This document shows, in pieces, positions 1-10,369 of a DNA stretch of 64,000 nucleotides. Positions within the stretch are counted from its first letter, which is position 1. Every line of letters begins with the position of its first letter. Both the position numbers and the translations under genes were made by a program. Source of the stretch: Chloropicon primus (lineage: Eukaryota); contig CP060772.1 of the NCBI GenBank assembly GCA_023205875.1, positions 62,001 through 126,000 on the forward strand, read 5' to 3'. Below the pieces are notes generated by a model. That model was not told the origin of the DNA. It ran no database searches and saw only the letters and a list, made by a program, of their open reading frames with translations.

Positions 1-68
1 AGGTTTCTTTTTCTTTGTCTGTGTGTCTGTGTGTGCGTGTGTATGCGTTGCTCTGTTTTGAAGGGAGG

Positions 69-1236
69 ATGACAGCCAGAGTATGGAAGACTCAAGCGGT
101 GAACTCGTGCTGGAGTTCTAGCCTTTTGGCCCAGGAGAAGGGAGTGGCGCCCCTCAAGGTGTTCACCAGCTCTCCCTCGTTCCTTCCTGCGAGGAACACG
201 AGCGAGGAGAAGGCAACTTGGGTGGAAGCGGAGGAGGATGAAGTGGCGGCGGTCCCTAGAGCAAGCCAAGGCGTTGGGACCATGGCTTGCCTCATCAAAC
301 GCTTCAGGGAGTCGCCCCCCTTGTCGAAAGAGAGGAGGGAGGGCGGCGCTCTCGAGTCGCTCCCCGCCTTCTGGTGGAGGGAAGAGAGCCAGCGTCACAT
401 CCAGGAAGCTGTCAAGGAGGAGGAAGCTGTCAAGGAGGAGGAAGAAGAAGAAGAAGAAGAAGAAGAAGAGGTGATCCAGGAGGAGGAGGTGGAGGTGGAG
501 GAGGAGGAAGGCAGCGCGCCCTCGTCGGGGAGGGAGGACCTCCTGAGGGACCTGCAGACCATGTTCGACTTGGCAGAGGGGGAGGACATTCTCCAGGCCT
601 GGAGGAAGAGAAACAGGCTCCTGCTGCAGAAGCGTGGCTTGATGAGAATGGAAGAAGAAGAGGAGGAAGAAGAAGAGGAAGAGGAAGAAGAGGAGGAGGA
701 GGCGTCCCCGAGCGGGAAGGGTGATGGTGGTGGCGAGGTCGATGGGATCATGGAATCGGGCTACAGGGGCTTCATCGACAAGCTTCGGAGGCGGCTCGGG
801 ATGCTCGAGTATGAAGGGGAGGTATTATCGGGGATCGAGACGAAGGAGGAGGACCTGCTTGTGGAGGAGGACCTGCTTGTGGAGGAGGAGGCCCAAGATG
901 ACGAGGAAGAAGAGGAGGAGGACCCCGCGGACAGGAGGAGGAGGAGGAGTGTGACATTATCGGGGATCGAGACGAAGGAGGAGGATCCCGCGGACAGGAG
1001 GAGGAGGGCTGTTCCAGCCACGAGCAGCATTGAGCCCCTGCTGGAGCAAGTCGTGCACGAGCACCTGTTCAGCTTCAGCTTGCCTGCCGACCCCCTGGTG
1101 GAGGAGGAGAAGAATTCCCCTGGGTTGTTGAGCCCCGAGCGCCTCCTCGAGATGAAGGAGTACGACTCGGACAAGGTGGTGTTGATGCTCAAGGAGAGGA
1201 TCCTTTCGCTCCAGAAATCCATGAGCGACAGCACCG

Positions 1237-1271
<35 letters not shown>

Positions 1272-1295
1272 GGAGAAGAAGGTGGACGACGATGA
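69..1295 (+). CDS. Glu-rich protein with PROSER3-like conserved blocks
   Basis: Long ORF from ATG 69. Blocks 'LIKRFRESPPLSKERR', 'FWW', 'EDILQAWRKRNRL' and 'DSDKVVLMLKERI' recall PROSER3-family motifs (from memory). The rest is low-complexity poly-E/poly-Q. Confidence 0.55.
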
Positions 1296-1392
1296 AATCA
1301 TCGTGGCCGTCATGATCATCCAGCGGACCAGGAGCAGGCTTGCGTGTGCGTGCGTGTAAGTTTGTGTGTGTGGGAGAGAAAGTCGAATCATA

Positions 1393-1434
<42 letters not shown>

Positions 1435-1572
1435 CCAGAGCTCGTCTCGCTCGCTCGCTCGTTCGTGATAATGATAATGAATACAATATATATATATATA
1501 TAAAACGGTCGGTTTTCGGTTTCCGGGCTTTATCGGATTTTTCCATGCTCGTCCATGCTCGCCCTTTTTCAA

Positions 1573-2282
1573 TCAAGGGTATCTTGGGTAGCTGCTCTGA
1601 GAGGGCATCCCGTGAGGGGGGGGCTGCACGTTCGGATCGAAGGTCCCGGGGGGCGCCTGCATCTGCATCATGGGGTTGTGCATGGAGCCGGACTGGTGGC
1701 CGTACGCCATCATGTACCTCTGCTGGACGTCGCCGTGCGGCATGGCCCCGCCGACCGGGAGCATCTGCCCCATGGCAGGCTGCTGCTTGGCGCTGGCCGA
1801 GGCCGACATGCTCCCCATCTGCATCCTCGGGCTCCCCATCATTTGCATCTCCTGCATGGGGATCGAAGAGACAACTGTCGGGTTGCTCCCGTCCCCGACC
1901 GCGGTGGGCGTCCCCGGCGCGGCCGCACCGGGCTGGTTCGGGGGGATCCCGCTGGCCGCCGGGGGGGGCGTGACCGCCGGCCTGTTCACGTACTCGCACA
2001 GGGCCCCGGGGTTCATGAGCATCTGCCCCCGGGACGCCAAGGCCTGGGCGTTCTTGTGGCTGGGGTGCCCCTCCACCAGCTGCATGTCCTTGGAGGACTC
2101 GATGTGCGCGCGGTTCATCCTGTGCTTGGAGGAGATGGGGAGGATGACGTCCAGGTGCTTCTTGATCGTCTCCTCGTCGGCCGGGGTCACGTGCTGCAGC
2201 AGCAGCTTGGCGTTCCCCTTGTTGACCTTGAGGATGGACACGTAGGGCTCCTTGGCAGCGACGGCCTTGGTGGGGGCCGCCT

Positions 2283-2322
<40 letters not shown>

Positions 2323-4544
2323 GCTGGGCGCCTTGGGGGCCGCCACCACCTCCGTGGCGGCCCCTGCGTCCTTCTTGTCCTTCTCGCCCTCCGCCTTGGC
2401 CTTCTCCTTCTCCTTCTCCTGGGGGGCGTCCTCCGCCTTGACCACCGGGGCCTGCTGCTGCTGCTGCTGCTTCTGGGACGACTTGCTGGCCGTGGACTTC
2501 ATGTTCGTCGAGCAGATCCACTTGAACCTCTGCCTGCAGGCGTGCGGCCTCCTGAAGCAGTCCCTCAGCTGGTACGTGCAGCTCAGCACGTCCGCCACGA
2601 GGCCCCAGTTCGACCCGAACTCGTACACCACCGCCATGAGGACCTGGTCCTCCGCCACGCTCCACGGCGGGTTGTCGAAGCCCAGGGAGGACCCGTCGTT
2701 CTGGGCCGCCAGGGCGGCGAGCGTCGCTTTGGACTTCTTCTTCGACGACCCGTGGGACTTCTTCCTGCTGTCCTTGCTCTGGACCTTGAGCAGGGCCGCG
2801 AGGTCCTGCTTGACCTTGGCGTCCGCCTTGGACTTGCTCGTGCCCAGGGAGGAGGCGGACTTTTGCTTGTAAGGCATGCTGAGCATCTGGGCGATCTCCA
2901 TCTTCTGCTCCCCGAACGGCGGCGAGGTCCTCGAGTCCTTGCGGAAGCCCTGGAGCTTGCTGCGGGACCCCTTCTTCGACGCGTCCTTGCGGGACCCCTT
3001 TCCTTTGGAGGACTTTTTCTGTTGGATCAGCAGCGAAGAAGAAGAACCAGGGTGGTGGTGGAGATGACCCATCATGCCCAAGTTCGTTGGGTCGTGCAAA
3101 AGCGACCCGGGGTGGTGGCCCATCATGCCCATCATGCCCATCTGCTGCATGTGCTTCAGGTGCTTCTTCTTTCCCGAGCCCTTCTTCTTCTTGAGGGGCA
3201 GGCCGTCCTCCCCCAGCAGGATCGGGCCGTCCAGCAGCATCTTGCTGCCCTTCTTCGACTTTTTCTTCTTGCCCACCGGCACGAGGTTCCCGTCCGCGTC
3301 GTACATCATCACCTGCTGCTTCCTCTTCTTCTTGTTCAGAGCGAGGTCGTCCGCGTACTCGTCGTCGTGGTCCTGGCGGGACAGCGCGTACAGCCTCTTC
3401 TGCCTCTCCAGCTCCTGCTTCACCTGGAGGACCTTGAGGTGCTCCTGGTGCTTCTTGGCCTGGCGGCCGTGGAGCGAGGAGAGCATCCGGTGCGTCTCCA
3501 AGGACTTTTCGTACGAAAGGAGAGCCTCTCGGTAGGACGAAAGCCGCGACTCGGACGCGTGTTCCAAGGAGGAGTAGAAAGCTGTTGTTGATGTTGCGGT
3601 GGTGGCGGTGGCGGCGTAGTAAAAGTAGGAGGAGGAGCAGCAACCCGTTGTGGTGGAGGACGACAACGACGAGGAGGAGGAAGAAGAAGAAGCAGTTGGG
3701 TTGTTGTTGTTGGACTGCTTCTTCTTCTTCGTCGACGTCGTCGTCGTCGTCTTTGTGGTCGACCGCTGCTGCTGGTGCTTGGCGCAGAGCGCGGCCGTCG
3801 CCCTCGCCGCGGACCTCTTCCACCTCCTCTCCTGCCCAATGTCATAAGCCAGCCACTGCATCTCCCGCATCACGTAGTCCCAGTGCGTGGTGTTCCTGGA
3901 AGGGGAGGGGAGCGGAGGCTGCTCGGACAAGGTCAAGCAGGACCTCGCGGCCCTCGCGATCGCGGCCTTCTGCAGGCAAGCGTCCTCGAGAGAACGAACA
4001 AGAAGAAGATGATCTTCTTCTTCTTCTTGTTGTTGTGACTTTTTTGATGCTGCTGCTGATTTTGATTTTGATGCAGCATCTTCAGCATCATCATCATCAA
4101 GAAGAGATGGTTGTGGTTGTGGTTGTGGTTGTGGTTGTGGTTGTGGTTGTGGTTGTGGTGAGCCTTCGCCTCCAGGATGATGATGATCTTGTTGTTGTTG
4201 TTGTTGTTCTGATGAATGCAAGAATGAATGAATGAATGAATGAAGATGATGATGAGGTTTAGATGGAAAGGAATGAAGAGTTAGTGACAAGAAGAAGCAA
4301 GGAGGAGGAGGTGGAGGAGGGGATGACGGTGGTGGTGGTGGTGGTGGTGTGTGTGTGTGTGTGTGTGTGTGTGGTGATGGGATGGGGGCGTGATCTTCAT
4401 TCTTTTTTTTTTTTTTTTTTTTTCTTTTTTTTTTTTCTTACCTCCTCCGCGCTTGTTTTGCGGCGCGCTCGTCGTGGCGGTGGCGGTGGCGGTGGCGGTG
4501 GCGGTGTCGTCGTCGGTGTTGGCGTTGTTCGCCGCCGCCGCCAT
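1573..4544 (-). CDS. EAF1: EAF1-like NuA4 scaffold protein (HSA + Myb/SANT)
   Basis: HSA motif 'THWDYVMREMQWLAYDIGQERRWK' and SANT 'PWSVAEDQVL...NWGLVADVL...CRQRF'. Exon 1 (4544-4442) and a GTAAG...CAG intron (4441-4209) splice in frame to the long ORF. Confidence 0.85.
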
Positions 4545-4996
4545 TGTGACCAAAGGACGGACGGGACGAGCTTGTCCGTCGTCGACCGACGCGCCGAAAA
4601 AAAAATAGAGAAGAGGAAGGAGAGGCCAAGGCGGAGGGCGGGGCGTTCGAAATCGATCGATCGAGGAGGAGAGGAGGAGGATGGAAGGGAGGGAGGGAGG
4701 GAGAGAGGGGGGGGGATCAGGAGGGGGAGCACTGTCTTGCCTCGCTCTTTTCTTTCGAAAGAGCCCTCGCTCGAGAGAAACGGCGGAGTGGTGGGGGAGT
4801 TGAGGAAGGAGAGAGCAAGGGAGAGAGCAGAGGATGGAAGGGAGAGGAAGGGAGAGGATGGATGGATGGATGGATGGATGGCAGGGAGACAGGTTGCTGG
4901 GGGGCAGGGATGCCTGGTGGGGGGTAGGATGGATCTTTAGGGTTCGGAGGAGCGTGCGCGAGCGCTCGAGCATGCATCTCTATATATACGAAAAAA

Positions 4997-5040
4997 TTGA
5001 ATTTTGACAACATGTGTTTTCCTACTCTACTACGGGGTGT
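4997..5040 (+). repeat. 44-bp direct repeat copy 1 (tRNA 5' flank + tRNA nt 1-7)
   Basis: ttgaattttgacaacatgtgttttcctactctactacggggtgt is identical to 8086-8129. Confidence 0.95.
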
Positions 5041-5198
5041 TGGCGCAATGGTAGTAAGTTCACGAAAAAACAGCACAACCAACCCAACCCAGGGGGCTAA
5101 TTTTGATTTCCATTCGTTCTATGACGTTAGGCGCATTGGATTCCAGTTTTCCTGCTGGAGAGACCCAAAGGTTGCGTGTTCGATTCACGTACGCCTCA
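5034..5198 (+). tRNA. trnW: tRNA-Trp(CCA) with two introns (5054-5130 in the D-loop; 5147-5162 at 37/38)
   Basis: The spliced sequence GGGGTGT TG GCGC AATGGTA GCGC A TTGGA TT CCA GA CCCAA AGGTT GCGTG TTCGATT CACGT ACGCCTC A folds as a cloverleaf: acceptor GGGGTGT/ACGCCTC, D-stem GCGC/GCGC, T-stem GCGTG/CACGT. D and T arms match plant-type tRNA-Trp as I recall it. A T17 run follows. Confidence 0.9.
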
Positions 5199-5215
5199 TT
5201 TTTTTTTTTTTTTTT
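5199..5215 (+). terminator. Pol III terminator (oligo-T)
   Basis: T17 run immediately after the tRNA discriminator A. Confidence 0.8.
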
Positions 5216-5523
5216 GACCAAGAGACAATGGTGTGTTGCCAACCTGTCGTCGACCTTCGCTTCTGATTCCTGATTCCTCTCTGTTTCTTTCTCTTCCGGT
5301 GGATTTTCTCCCTTCCGCTGAACCATCAAAACGGCCCGAGGCCACGAGGGGCCGAACGAGGACGAGCACGAGAGAGAGAGAAAGACAATAGAGCGACAAA
5401 CACCGACCGATTCTCGGATTCTATCCACTTGCTGCCTTCCAATTTGGGACTCCCCAACAACTGCCTGACAGGCCGGCCACGGAGCCCTTCGATGTCAAAG
5501 AAGGCAAAATTTGGGAATGCTCT

Positions 5524-6675
5524 CTAGGATCGGACAAGAGAGTCTAAGATGGGGTCGCTTCTCGCCTTCCTCTTCCAGGGCACAGGACTCTTTTGTTTCT
5601 TGTCCCCTTTGCCATTGATGTGGTCAAGATATTGTCGGTGAAATGCTTTCCCCTTCTTACCTGGAACTAGCTTAACAGCCATTTCAAATCGTTCCTCGGG
5701 CGTCCTCTTTCCAAACTCGTCAAGCAGCTTGTCAAGTAGTTTCCCGCCATTGGGTTTCGTGGCTTTCCCGGGAAACAACATAGCAGCGAAGTCTCTCAGC
5801 ATTTTGTCAAGAATTTTCTCGTCCACTTCGCCATTCAGCGTTGCGGCTCTCCCGTGAGACAACGTCGCAGCGAGGTCGTATCGCGCCGCGGCTGCTTCCT
5901 TGGTGTCAAAGGTTCCCAATGACAATTCTTTGCTCGGAGCCATTAGTCCTTTAATAGCCACTCTGTACCTTTTACCACCATACTTGGACACTCCCCGAGG
6001 AAGTCCTCCTATTTTCTTGGAGGGGCCCGTGTTGTAACTCGGACGCTGGTCCTTCCATTTTCCAAACTGAGGGTTCCATCTTTCCCATGATTGGACCAGA
6101 GATTCTGGGGCCTTCTCGCTTCTCGCCTTCCTCTTCCAGGGCACAGGACTCTTCCCCTCGTTGTTGCACAGCTGACAATCGCAAGCCGTGGCATGAAAGG
6201 GATTGTCTTGCATTGCCTCTGACGACCCCAGGAGACATGGACGAATGTTTTTGCAGTACCAGCAGACACATCGGCAATGACATTGTTCAGCACCAGCCTC
6301 GTGACACGGACAGCGATAACAGGGATCGTCATCATCCGAGGCCGCGACACTTTGGGGGCGAGGCTCTCCATCGAAGGAGAACTTCTCCCCCTGACGACCG
6401 CAAGCCTTCCGGAAGCATTCAGAGATGGCCTCGACAGTGGCTTTATCCAGTCCTCTCCCTCTTGCTTCTTCTCCTCCTTCTTTAAGGACTGGACACGAGA
6501 TGAAATGCCTATGCATGGCGTACTTGTGCCTGAACGAGTCGTGGTCTTCGCTGAGCAAGACCTTGAAGTTCTGCTTGGTGAGCGATGCCGCGGCGAGGCG
6601 CACGGTGATCTTTGGGAGCGTTTGGGCTTTGAACACAAACTCTGCTGTTCTTCGCACTGAATCAGAACCCATCAT
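5524..6675 (-). CDS. AP2/ERF-domain protein with Cys-rich region
   Basis: AP2 motif 'PRGVSKYGGKRYRVAI...LSLGTFDTKEAAAARYDLAA...AATLN'. Upstream is a Cys/His cluster (CYRCPCH..CHCRCVCWYC..HATACDCQLC). Confidence 0.75.
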   Translation of the reverse strand: MMGSDSVRRTAEFVFKAQTLPKITVRLAAASLTKQNFKVLLSEDHDSFRHKYAMHRHFISCPVLKEGGEEARGRGLDKATVEAISECFRKACGRQGEKFSFDGEPRPQSVAASDDDDPCYRCPCHEAGAEQCHCRCVCWYCKNIRPCLLGSSEAMQDNPFHATACDCQLCNNEGKSPVPWKRKARSEKAPESLVQSWERWNPQFGKWKDQRPSYNTGPSKKIGGLPRGVSKYGGKRYRVAIKGLMAPSKELSLGTFDTKEAAAARYDLAATLSHGRAATLNGEVDEKILDKMLRDFAAMLFPGKATKPNGGKLLDKLLDEFGKRTPEERFEMAVKLVPGKKGKAFHRQYLDHINGKGDKKQKSPVPWKRKARSDPILDSLVRS

Positions 6676-7835
6676 CAGCTGGGAGTCCGGTCCGGTGGCT
6701 CGGGGAGGAGTGTCAGTCGGAGCCGATGTTGTTGGAAATTCTCAATTGCAAGCATCACTTCTTTGGGGTATCGTGAAGAGTGTTGGTGAACGAAAGTTAG
6801 TTCGTGGAGACGGTCGGGAAGAGAGAGCCGCCGTAACGCCAAAGCGACGACCAACCACCAGAGAGAGAGAGAGAGAGACAGAGGAGTCAGCTAACTAAGC
6901 TAACTGACGCACGAGTGTGTCCATTGATGATTGATAACGCCACCGGGTGGACACCTGCTTCAAGTCCTCGACGCTGGGCGCGACCGCCACCTTCCAGCCG
7001 CACGGCAACACCTCGGTCATGAGGATCACCAAGGTGCTCGTCCCTGGCCAGAAACCTTGCCGCTACACATCATCTCTGGGCCGCGATTGCGGGCTACGCC
7101 TTCGCTGCTGGTGCATCTAAGAAGAACTTGAAACTTGCTGAGGCGTGCTCGAATCAATAGAGAGTTCGGGCCTTCAGGACACCGTGTCAGGCCTAGAACA
7201 AAAACTGAAGGAGTTTCAGAAGGAAAGGCAAACCATGTCCGATGAGCTTGAGGGTCTGTGCACAGACGTAATTACACAAAAAGATTCAAGATTAAAAGTT
7301 CAACACTCCATTCGTTCGTTCGTTCGTTCGTTCGTTCGTTCGTTCGTTCGTTCATTCCACCGCTTGCTTGCTTGCTTGCAAAGAGGCAAGGGAAGAGCAA
7401 AAAAAAAAAACAATCCGATGCAGTCGAGGAAGTCCTCCATCTTGCAGTACCGTGCTGATCTGGGCAGGCTTGGCATTTACGGCTAGGAAAGAAAAAAAAA
7501 CGCGCGTATTAGGAGGGGATCGAAACGCAGTTGGCAAAGCTCCTGAAGATGTGGTGAGGAAGATGACTGAGCTTCAGAATAAAGCGGTGAGCACGAGGAA
7601 GAGAAAGGTGGCAGCTTGGAAAAATACCAGTTTCGCTTGCAAGCGCGAAGCTACCTCGCTCACGATCCCTGAGTGTGAGTCCCTTCGGACCCCTAACACC
7701 CCAACCAGGCTCCGCGTAAGCCAGGCTGACCTATCCCTGAAGACACACCTCGCAGACACTCTTTTTTGGTGGAGGAGGCAATCAGGAAGGAAAGTGAAGG
7801 TGGATGACAGGTTCATCGTGAGACACTGTTCTTGG

Positions 7836-8085
7836 TTAAATATTGGCATCGATCCATTCGATGACGTGCTGGCGATTGTAGTACTTCGCCTCTCTTCTAC
7901 AAGTCCTCTTGTCCCAATCACAAGGCGGGTCCTGGCTTCGGAGCCACTGCAGAACCTCAAGGTAACCTCTTCCAGCTGCCTCAAAACAAGTCCCCGCGTC
8001 CCAATGGCAAGGCGGGTCCTGGCTCCGAAGCCACTGCAGAACATGAAGGTGGCCTCCTTCAGCTGCACCAGCACAAGTGTCCTCG
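7836..8085 (-). pseudogene. 5'-truncated ankyrin-repeat gene fragment
   Basis: Two repeats 'TCAGAAEGGHLHVLQWLRSQDPPCHWD / TCFEAAGRGYLEVLQWLRSQDPPCDWD'. Homology stops at the 44-bp repeat. Confidence 0.7.
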
Positions 8086-8129
8086 TTGAATTTTGACAAC
8101 ATGTGTTTTCCTACTCTACTACGGGGTGT
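8086..8129 (+). repeat. 44-bp direct repeat copy 2
   Basis: Identical to 4997-5040 but not followed by the rest of the tRNA. Confidence 0.95.
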
Positions 8130-8187
8130 GCTGGTCGTCGTTCTCTGTTGTTCTCTGTTGTCCTCCGTTGTGGATGTCTATGTCTTT

Positions 8188-8285
8188 GATGAATACCATA
8201 CAGATGACGATGAATACCATACAGATGATGATGAATACTATACATTCCTACATACATTCCTACATACATTCCTACATACATTCCC
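8188..8285. repeat. Short tandem repeats (21-bp x~3, 12-bp x~4)
   Basis: Units gatgaataccatacagatgac and tacatacattcc. Confidence 0.8.
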
Positions 8286-8416
8286 ACACTATTATTCATC
8301 TCTTCGACCTTGGCCCCCACCATCCCTCACCTTTCTCATCAAACACACACCCATACCATAACAACTTCAACAAGTAGTGGAATTCCTCCCACCTTCTCCC
8401 TTCCTCCCCCGATCGT

Positions 8417-9664
8417 CTAAAAAAATTCCACCACCACCACCACCACCTTTCCCTCCTCCCCACCCTTCTCTCCCTCTCCTCCCTCCACCTCCTCCACCCT
8501 CACCCTCACGACCCTCTCCTCCCTGTCTCCTCTCCTCTCCACCCCCATCTCCACCCCTCTTGTCACCAGCCCCCTCACCTCATCAAGCGTCCAGGTCATC
8601 GTCTTCGTTTCCAAATAACTCATGACCTCCTCCACCCCCCCCAACCTCACCAGGTCCCGCTCGCACGCCTCCAAAATAGCCAGGGCCACCCTGACCAGGA
8701 TGCTGGGGTTCCCCTCGCTCAGCATGACGTCCACCAGTCGGCACGACATGACGAGGGGGAAGCTCGAGGCGTAGAGGGTCAGGATCCAGGGCGTGGCGAA
8801 CAGCATGGTCTGGACGTGGCACCCCCGGAAGAGGGCGGAGACCCGGGGGACGACCTCCTCCATCCCCGCGTCGAGGTCCGCGAGCATCTCCTGCAGCTTC
8901 CCCAGCCCGGGCTTGTAGATCTCCCTCAGGTTGCACCCCTCCTCGTCCATGACCTCGTTGACGAGGTCGACCGCGTCGGACTCCGCCAGGTACAGCGCGG
9001 CTAGGGTCGCCAGGTAGGCCATTCCCTGGCAGTACCCCACCTCCTCGTCCCTCCCCGCGTACGACAGGAGGATGGCGTGGACCACGTCCTTCATGGCGTC
9101 CGAGTCCAGGTACTCGTGCCCCGGAAAGATCCTATCGAGGTCCTTTATGATCTCCTTCTCCGCCTCCAGCTGAGCGGCCGTCCGACCCTCGACCTTGACC
9201 TCTACCTCCTTCCCTACCCCCTCCTCGAGCTCCCTCTGCACACGATTCATCTCCACCCAAAAGTCACGAAAGGTGGAGGTCCTCCTCCTCGTTCCCCTCC
9301 TCGTCCTGTCCCTCGCCCTCCGGCTGCACGTGACCCAAAACAAGTGCCTCAAGTCCGCAGGAGCGTCCTCGTAAAGCTTCTCCATCACCTGAACATCCGT
9401 CACGAGAGCATCCTCGTTGCAGTAGGGTCCTACTGGGTCCTCCTCCTCCTCCTCGCCCTTGGAAAAACATGTTGATGATTCGGATTCCTTCCTCCTCCTG
9501 AGGCGATGCCAAAGCTTCCTCGCCTTCGTCGACAGACCAAGCCTCCTCCTCTGCCCGAACCGAAGCACGGTCTCCAACCGGAACACTCCTCGCTTCACCA
9601 CCCTCGACGACGACGACGACGACTCGCCTTCCTCCTCACGCCCTCCCATCATGCGTGGCGCCAT
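8417..9664 (-). CDS. Rab-GAP TBC-domain protein
   Basis: 'IIKDLDRIFP' (R finger), 'VGYCQGMAYLA' (Q finger) and 'FATPWILTLYA'. Confidence 0.9.
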   Translation of the reverse strand: MAPRMMGGREEEGESSSSSSRVVKRGVFRLETVLRFGQRRRLGLSTKARKLWHRLRRRKESESSTCFSKGEEEEEDPVGPYCNEDALVTDVQVMEKLYEDAPADLRHLFWVTCSRRARDRTRRGTRRRTSTFRDFWVEMNRVQRELEEGVGKEVEVKVEGRTAAQLEAEKEIIKDLDRIFPGHEYLDSDAMKDVVHAILLSYAGRDEEVGYCQGMAYLATLAALYLAESDAVDLVNEVMDEEGCNLREIYKPGLGKLQEMLADLDAGMEEVVPRVSALFRGCHVQTMLFATPWILTLYASSFPLVMSCRLVDVMLSEGNPSILVRVALAILEACERDLVRLGGVEEVMSYLETKTMTWTLDEVRGLVTRGVEMGVERRGDREERVVRVRVEEVEGGEGEKGGEEGKVVVVVVEFF

Positions 9665-10369
9665 CCAACGCACGAACCGTCGTAATGATGATGATGATGA
9701 TGCGAATATGAGGTTCCCTCGATCGAAAGCTCGTCTCGATCAGACCCTACCCCTCGCGCCCGCCGCCGATCGATCGATCGATCGATCGCCAACCCTCTAC
9801 CCCTCCGCTCCCCTTCCCTCCGCCCTTGATCGATCGTTTGGGTTTGTCCTCTCAGCCTGTTCGTTCTCAGGCTCTGGTGAAGGGAAAAGGGCGTGGGAGG
9901 GCGCGATCGAGAGCTATGGAGACGTAAAAAACATCGATCGAGGTCCTCAGGGCGACCCTTTGGGTCCCGCGATCGCGATCGCGCGCGCCGGTACGCCATG
10001 ACGCGATCGATGCCGACCATTTCCCCAGTGACGTTCGTTTTCCTCCGAATCGTTCTCTCCATCACGTTAATTTATCTGGTTCCACGTTTCCCTCGTTTTC
10101 GACGCCCAGGGACGTGATCGATCGAGTTTGTTTCGGGATCATCGTGCGAAGCGATCAGTCGTCACCCTCGAGCGATCGAACCGCGCGATCGAACACAACG
10201 ACGAGCGACGGGGGCGACGAGGGGGTGCGACCATCGGGCGGTCGCGATCGATCGGGTCAAGGGCATCGATCACTGCGGCGATCATTGCGTTTGCGTTTCG
10301 AACACAATCGATCGAGCGTTACGACGACGACGACGAGCGTTACGGTTACGTGAAGGAGTGAGTGCGAGT

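Noticed and set aside
1388..3823. Very long overlapping/antisense ORFs (811 aa and 678 aa here; similar ones over PIH1, DDX3 and TOP2)
   Set aside because: Shadow ORFs caused by high GC3 bias of the real genes; no domain motifs.
5146..5162. Anticodon-loop intron read as GT...AG spliceosomal
   Set aside because: Too short (17 nt) and has no branch site; it fits a canonical 37/38 intron with an anticodon-intron pair.
8123..8200. Possible second tRNA or split-tRNA half after repeat copy 2
   Set aside because: Only 7 nt of the tRNA are present; no A-box, B-box or cloverleaf follows.
9960..9990. Cyanobacterial HIP1 (GCGATCGC) as a sign of cyanobacterial DNA
   Set aside because: Flanking genes are eukaryotic and the motif is clustered rather than dispersed.
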